NCBI GenBank assembly: GCA_009859145.1
Contig: VRVR01000041.1
Span: 145,566 to 209,565 of the forward strand
Length of the DNA: 64,000 nucleotides
Direction of reading: 5' to 3'
Source: Andalucia godoyi And28
Lineage: Eukaryota; Protista; Jakobida
The position numbers and the translations under genes are program-made. The notes beneath the pieces were generated by a model. That model did not search any database and had not been told where the DNA came from. It saw only the letters and a program-made list of their open reading frames with translations. Shown here one piece after another: positions 61,111-64,000 of this stretch (positions are counted from its first letter, which is position 1; each line of letters begins with the position of its first letter).

Positions 61111-61746
61111 CTTAAACTTCTTTCTTTTTTCCCCCCCCCTTTTTTTTTTCTTTTTCTTTTTCTTTCTTTGAAAAGTCCCTCCCAAAAAAATATTAAAGAA
61201 TGAATGAATGAATGAAAATTAAAAATTTATAACATAAAAAAGTTGCAAAAGAAGAAAGAAAATGAAGAAGGTGTGGTTAAGAGAGAAGCAGAACCCATAG
61301 GAACCCACATAGGAACCCATAGGAACCCAAAGGCTTCCCCAAAAGGACAGCTCATGGTCAAACAACACCCAACAGACCGAAAAGAAAAAGAAAGGGGCAA
61401 ATGTAAGCCCACGATGCATCAATTGAGGCTTTCTTTTTTCCGGTAGAAATATCGCGTCTCCACAAGATAAAGCGTTGGAAATAAAATCAAAACTCCCGAA
61501 ATGATGTTGTTTGATGTCCGTACGCAAAACGGTCAAAACCCTTAGGTTTGATTGGGAACAAAGTGCGAAATGATCATGGTTATCTTCCGTTTTCTATTTT
61601 TACAAATCTTTTTTTAAATTTTTTTAAATTAATTTTACAATAGTAATGCTCCTCTTTTCACTGTATTATTATCATTATTTTAATTCCAGTAAGTAGGGTT
61701 TTGAAAGATCGTTCAGAGCCAGCGAAACAACGACAGCAATAAGAAG

Positions 61747-62784
61747 ATGGAGAACTTTCCAGTGATTGATCTTGAACCGTTCCTGAATGGCGAGGCGTGC
61801 CCGGAAACATGTGCACAGGTTGCAAAGCTTCTTCATGACACCGGGATTCTGATTCTTCGTGATCCCCGAGTTTCCGAAAGCGACAATGATACGTTTCTGA
61901 ACCTTATGGAGCGGTACTACGACCAACCGGATGAGGTCAAGCTGCAGGATGTGCGTCCGCACTTGTCGTACCAGGTGGGAGCGACTCCGGAAGGAACGGA
62001 AGTTGCGCGCAACAATGACGATGCGGTTGCCAAGCTTGGGGACTTGCAGAAGCCCCACGAGTTGAAAAAGGCAGATCCCAAATGGAGGTTTTTCTGGCGT
62101 GTGGGAGAGAGACCCGCGGCGTCCGAGTCAAAGTACCCGGAGCTGAACGCTGCACCGGTGTACCCGAAGGCATTCCCAGAGTGGGAGTCTGTGATGAACA
62201 TGTGGGGTGGGAAGATGATTGCTGCGGTGCGAACTGCAGTGGAAATGCTTGCCTTGGGATTCAGCTTGCCAAGGGACACATTCACTTCCAAGATGGTCAA
62301 GGGACCGCACCTGCTCGCACCCACGGGATCCAACATTGCAAAGTTCCATGATATTGGAGCAGTCATGGCCGGATTCCACTACGATTTGAACTTCCTGACT
62401 TGCCATGGTCGCTCGAGATACCCGGGACTATATGCCTGGCTTCGTGATGGAACCAAGGTCAAGGTCCGCGTTCCCAGTGGCTGCTTGTTGGTTCAGGCAG
62501 GAAAGCAGGCAGAATGGCTCACGGGAGGATATGTCATGGCAGGATTCCACGAAGTCGTCGTCACGGAAGATACCTTGGCTGCTTGGGAACGTGCAAAGCA
62601 GGAGGGTCGCTCCGAATGGCGTGTTTCCTCAACGCTGTTCTCCCACATTGCGTCGGATGTCACCCTTCAGCCAGTTGGACCGTTTGCAACCGAGGAAGCG
62701 TTGGCAAAGTACCCGCCTACGGATGCTGGCAAGCAGGTTGCCGACGAGCTCCAGGCGATCAACCTCTCGGGAAACAAGATGTAA
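61747..62784 (+). CDS. 2-oxoglutarate/Fe(II)-dependent oxygenase (IPNS/DIOX-like)
   Basis: FPVIDLEPFL N-terminus, HxD (FHYDLNFLT), distal His (GFHEVVV) and RxS (WRVSSTLF). Confidence 0.85.
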   Translation: MENFPVIDLEPFLNGEACPETCAQVAKLLHDTGILILRDPRVSESDNDTFLNLMERYYDQPDEVKLQDVRPHLSYQVGATPEGTEVARNNDDAVAKLGDLQKPHELKKADPKWRFFWRVGERPAASESKYPELNAAPVYPKAFPEWESVMNMWGGKMIAAVRTAVEMLALGFSLPRDTFTSKMVKGPHLLAPTGSNIAKFHDIGAVMAGFHYDLNFLTCHGRSRYPGLYAWLRDGTKVKVRVPSGCLLVQAGKQAEWLTGGYVMAGFHEVVVTEDTLAAWERAKQEGRSEWRVSSTLFSHIASDVTLQPVGPFATEEALAKYPPTDAGKQVADELQAINLSGNKM

Positions 62785-63063
62785 ACATAGCAGGACCCCC
62801 TGCGTTCTCTGAGAAGTTCTCTCAACCCGATGTAACGTTCGTTTGTTTGTTGTCTGTCTGTCTGTCTGTCTGTTTATTTGTTTGTCTGTTTGTTTTTCCC
62901 GTTTGCGCTTCCCCACAGTTCTTTCCAAAGTTTGAATAAAATCAAAAGTGGATCGAATGTGCAAAGTGACCAACTTTGGCGTCCCAAAATAAATGAACGA
63001 GCATGGTTGACAGGAGGTCTCCAAAGGGGAAAAACAACCACAAAAATCAACTTTTACGAGAGT

Positions 63064-64000
63064 CTATGTGGATGGAATCCGCGATGACTTGCGGTTCTTC
63101 CAGTCGTCCAATTTGCGCCGATTTGCTTGCGAACCAACCAGCGTCTGCAGACACGCGCCAGCACTTCGACGAAGCGACGCGTGCTCGGGAGAGGTGTGCG
63201 TGGAACACCATTCTACAAGGGACGCCAGTGCTTCCACAGCACCATGCTCTCCGAGTTTGGCCGACATGGACGGAGACTCTGCTGCAATTTGCTTTGACAA
63301 GAGACAGCACTCCTTGAGAAGCTCCAAGGATGATTCTGAATGCGAGTTCATGAGATGAACCAGACCCTTCATGACTGCTGGAGAAAACAGCGCAGCGTGC
63401 GAAATCGGAGCAGTCGCACTGGTTGAACTGGATGAAGACGACGTGGACGTGGGAGACGAAGAAGGCGGCAACGAGAGGGTTCGCCAGAGAGAAACTAGAT
63501 ACAGATGAGCGCGATTACGGTTCGAAGTGAAAGGAACCCAGTCAAACAGCGGGGAGAGCGCGCTTTCAAGAGTAGATAGCACAGCGAGGGCGGAGAAGCC
63601 GGCCGAAAGTGCATGAGTGTAGAGAGCCAACAGGGCTTCCAGGAAAAGATCCACGGTGGATGAACGGGGAATGCTTGATACGATACGGTTCCAATGAGGG
63701 ATCAAAGAGTTCGAAACGGAGGAAAGCATCACTGGATCCGTGCAGCGAACAAGAAATGTTGAAATCAGTATCGTGTGGTCTCGCAGCTGCTTCTTCTTGT
63801 CGCCAATGACGGACTCCAGCACTGGGTCCGTGAAGCACAACACGCTGAACAGCATTTCCAAAAATGAAACCAGACCAACGTCGATGAGAATAGCTCGTCG
63901 ATCGTGATTTTCCATTTCTTGCGAATCCGATAGACACTGTCGAAGAAGTGCAAGGCATTTCTCGGCGACACCTACACTCCGAGAAAACACAGACCTGGTT
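63064..64000 (-). CDS. Hypothetical armadillo/HEAT-like helical protein, 5' end outside the window
   Basis: The frame stays open to base 64000; leucine-rich helical segments (GAVEALASLV, GACLQTL). Confidence 0.65.
   Translation of the reverse strand, partial: TRSVFSRSVGVAEKCLALLRQCLSDSQEMENHDRRAILIDVGLVSFLEMLFSVLCFTDPVLESVIGDKKKQLRDHTILISTFLVRCTDPVMLSSVSNSLIPHWNRIVSSIPRSSTVDLFLEALLALYTHALSAGFSALAVLSTLESALSPLFDWVPFTSNRNRAHLYLVSLWRTLSLPPSSSPTSTSSSSSSTSATAPISHAALFSPAVMKGLVHLMNSHSESSLELLKECCLLSKQIAAESPSMSAKLGEHGAVEALASLVEWCSTHTSPEHASLRRSAGACLQTLVGSQANRRKLDDWKNRKSSRIPST

Noticed and set aside
9610-61185. Long N-terminal extensions in the ORF track for the SNARE, IFT74, USP, Rieske, HAGH, RluA and threonine dehydratase genes
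   Set aside because: They start at TTG/GTG or at ATGs in T-rich or microsatellite UTR-like sequence, so starts were moved to the first plausible ATG.
1-64000. CRISPR arrays, tRNA/rRNA genes, stop-codon reassignment, intact transposase
   Set aside because: No repeat-spacer arrays or cloverleaf/rRNA-like sequence were recognised. TAA, TAG and TGA all end conserved genes at the expected places. No intact IS607 recombinase or DDE transposase ORF was seen.

Overview
This is a gene-dense (about 30 genes), intron-poor eukaryotic window, probably from a free-living flagellated protist. CFAP57 and IFT74 indicate cilia; the species cannot be determined from the sequence. The standard genetic code is used. 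Housekeeping genes include CFAP57, IFT74, a Bos1/membrin SNARE, Tim9, eL42, eL34, uS8, DBP2, GPN2, EAF6, GCN2, an ABCG transporter, formimidoylglutamase, a Neverland-like Rieske desaturase, glyoxalase II, a RluA pseudouridine synthase, threonine dehydratase and a 2OG-Fe(II) oxygenase. The main finding is missed by the ORF track. The larger intergenic gaps hold several decayed copies of a TnpB/Fanzor2-like RNA-guided nuclease element. The clearest copy (minus strand, 13728-~14190) keeps the RuvC-II, zinc-finger and RuvC-III motifs across a nonsense codon and a frameshift. It ends in a structured, omegaRNA-like right end. Related ends at 14384-14511, 42718-42840 and, more weakly, 45337-45400 and 37495-37522 share motifs with it. 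Three share an ...AGGCG terminus, and two show compensatory changes in a predicted pseudoknot. Other observations: inverted telo-box pairs upstream of all three ribosomal-protein genes; the deeply conserved DBP2 intron with a folded RNA inside; an N-terminal presequence on DBP2; and a long hairpin in the EAF6 intron. All homology calls are by eye, with no database searches.
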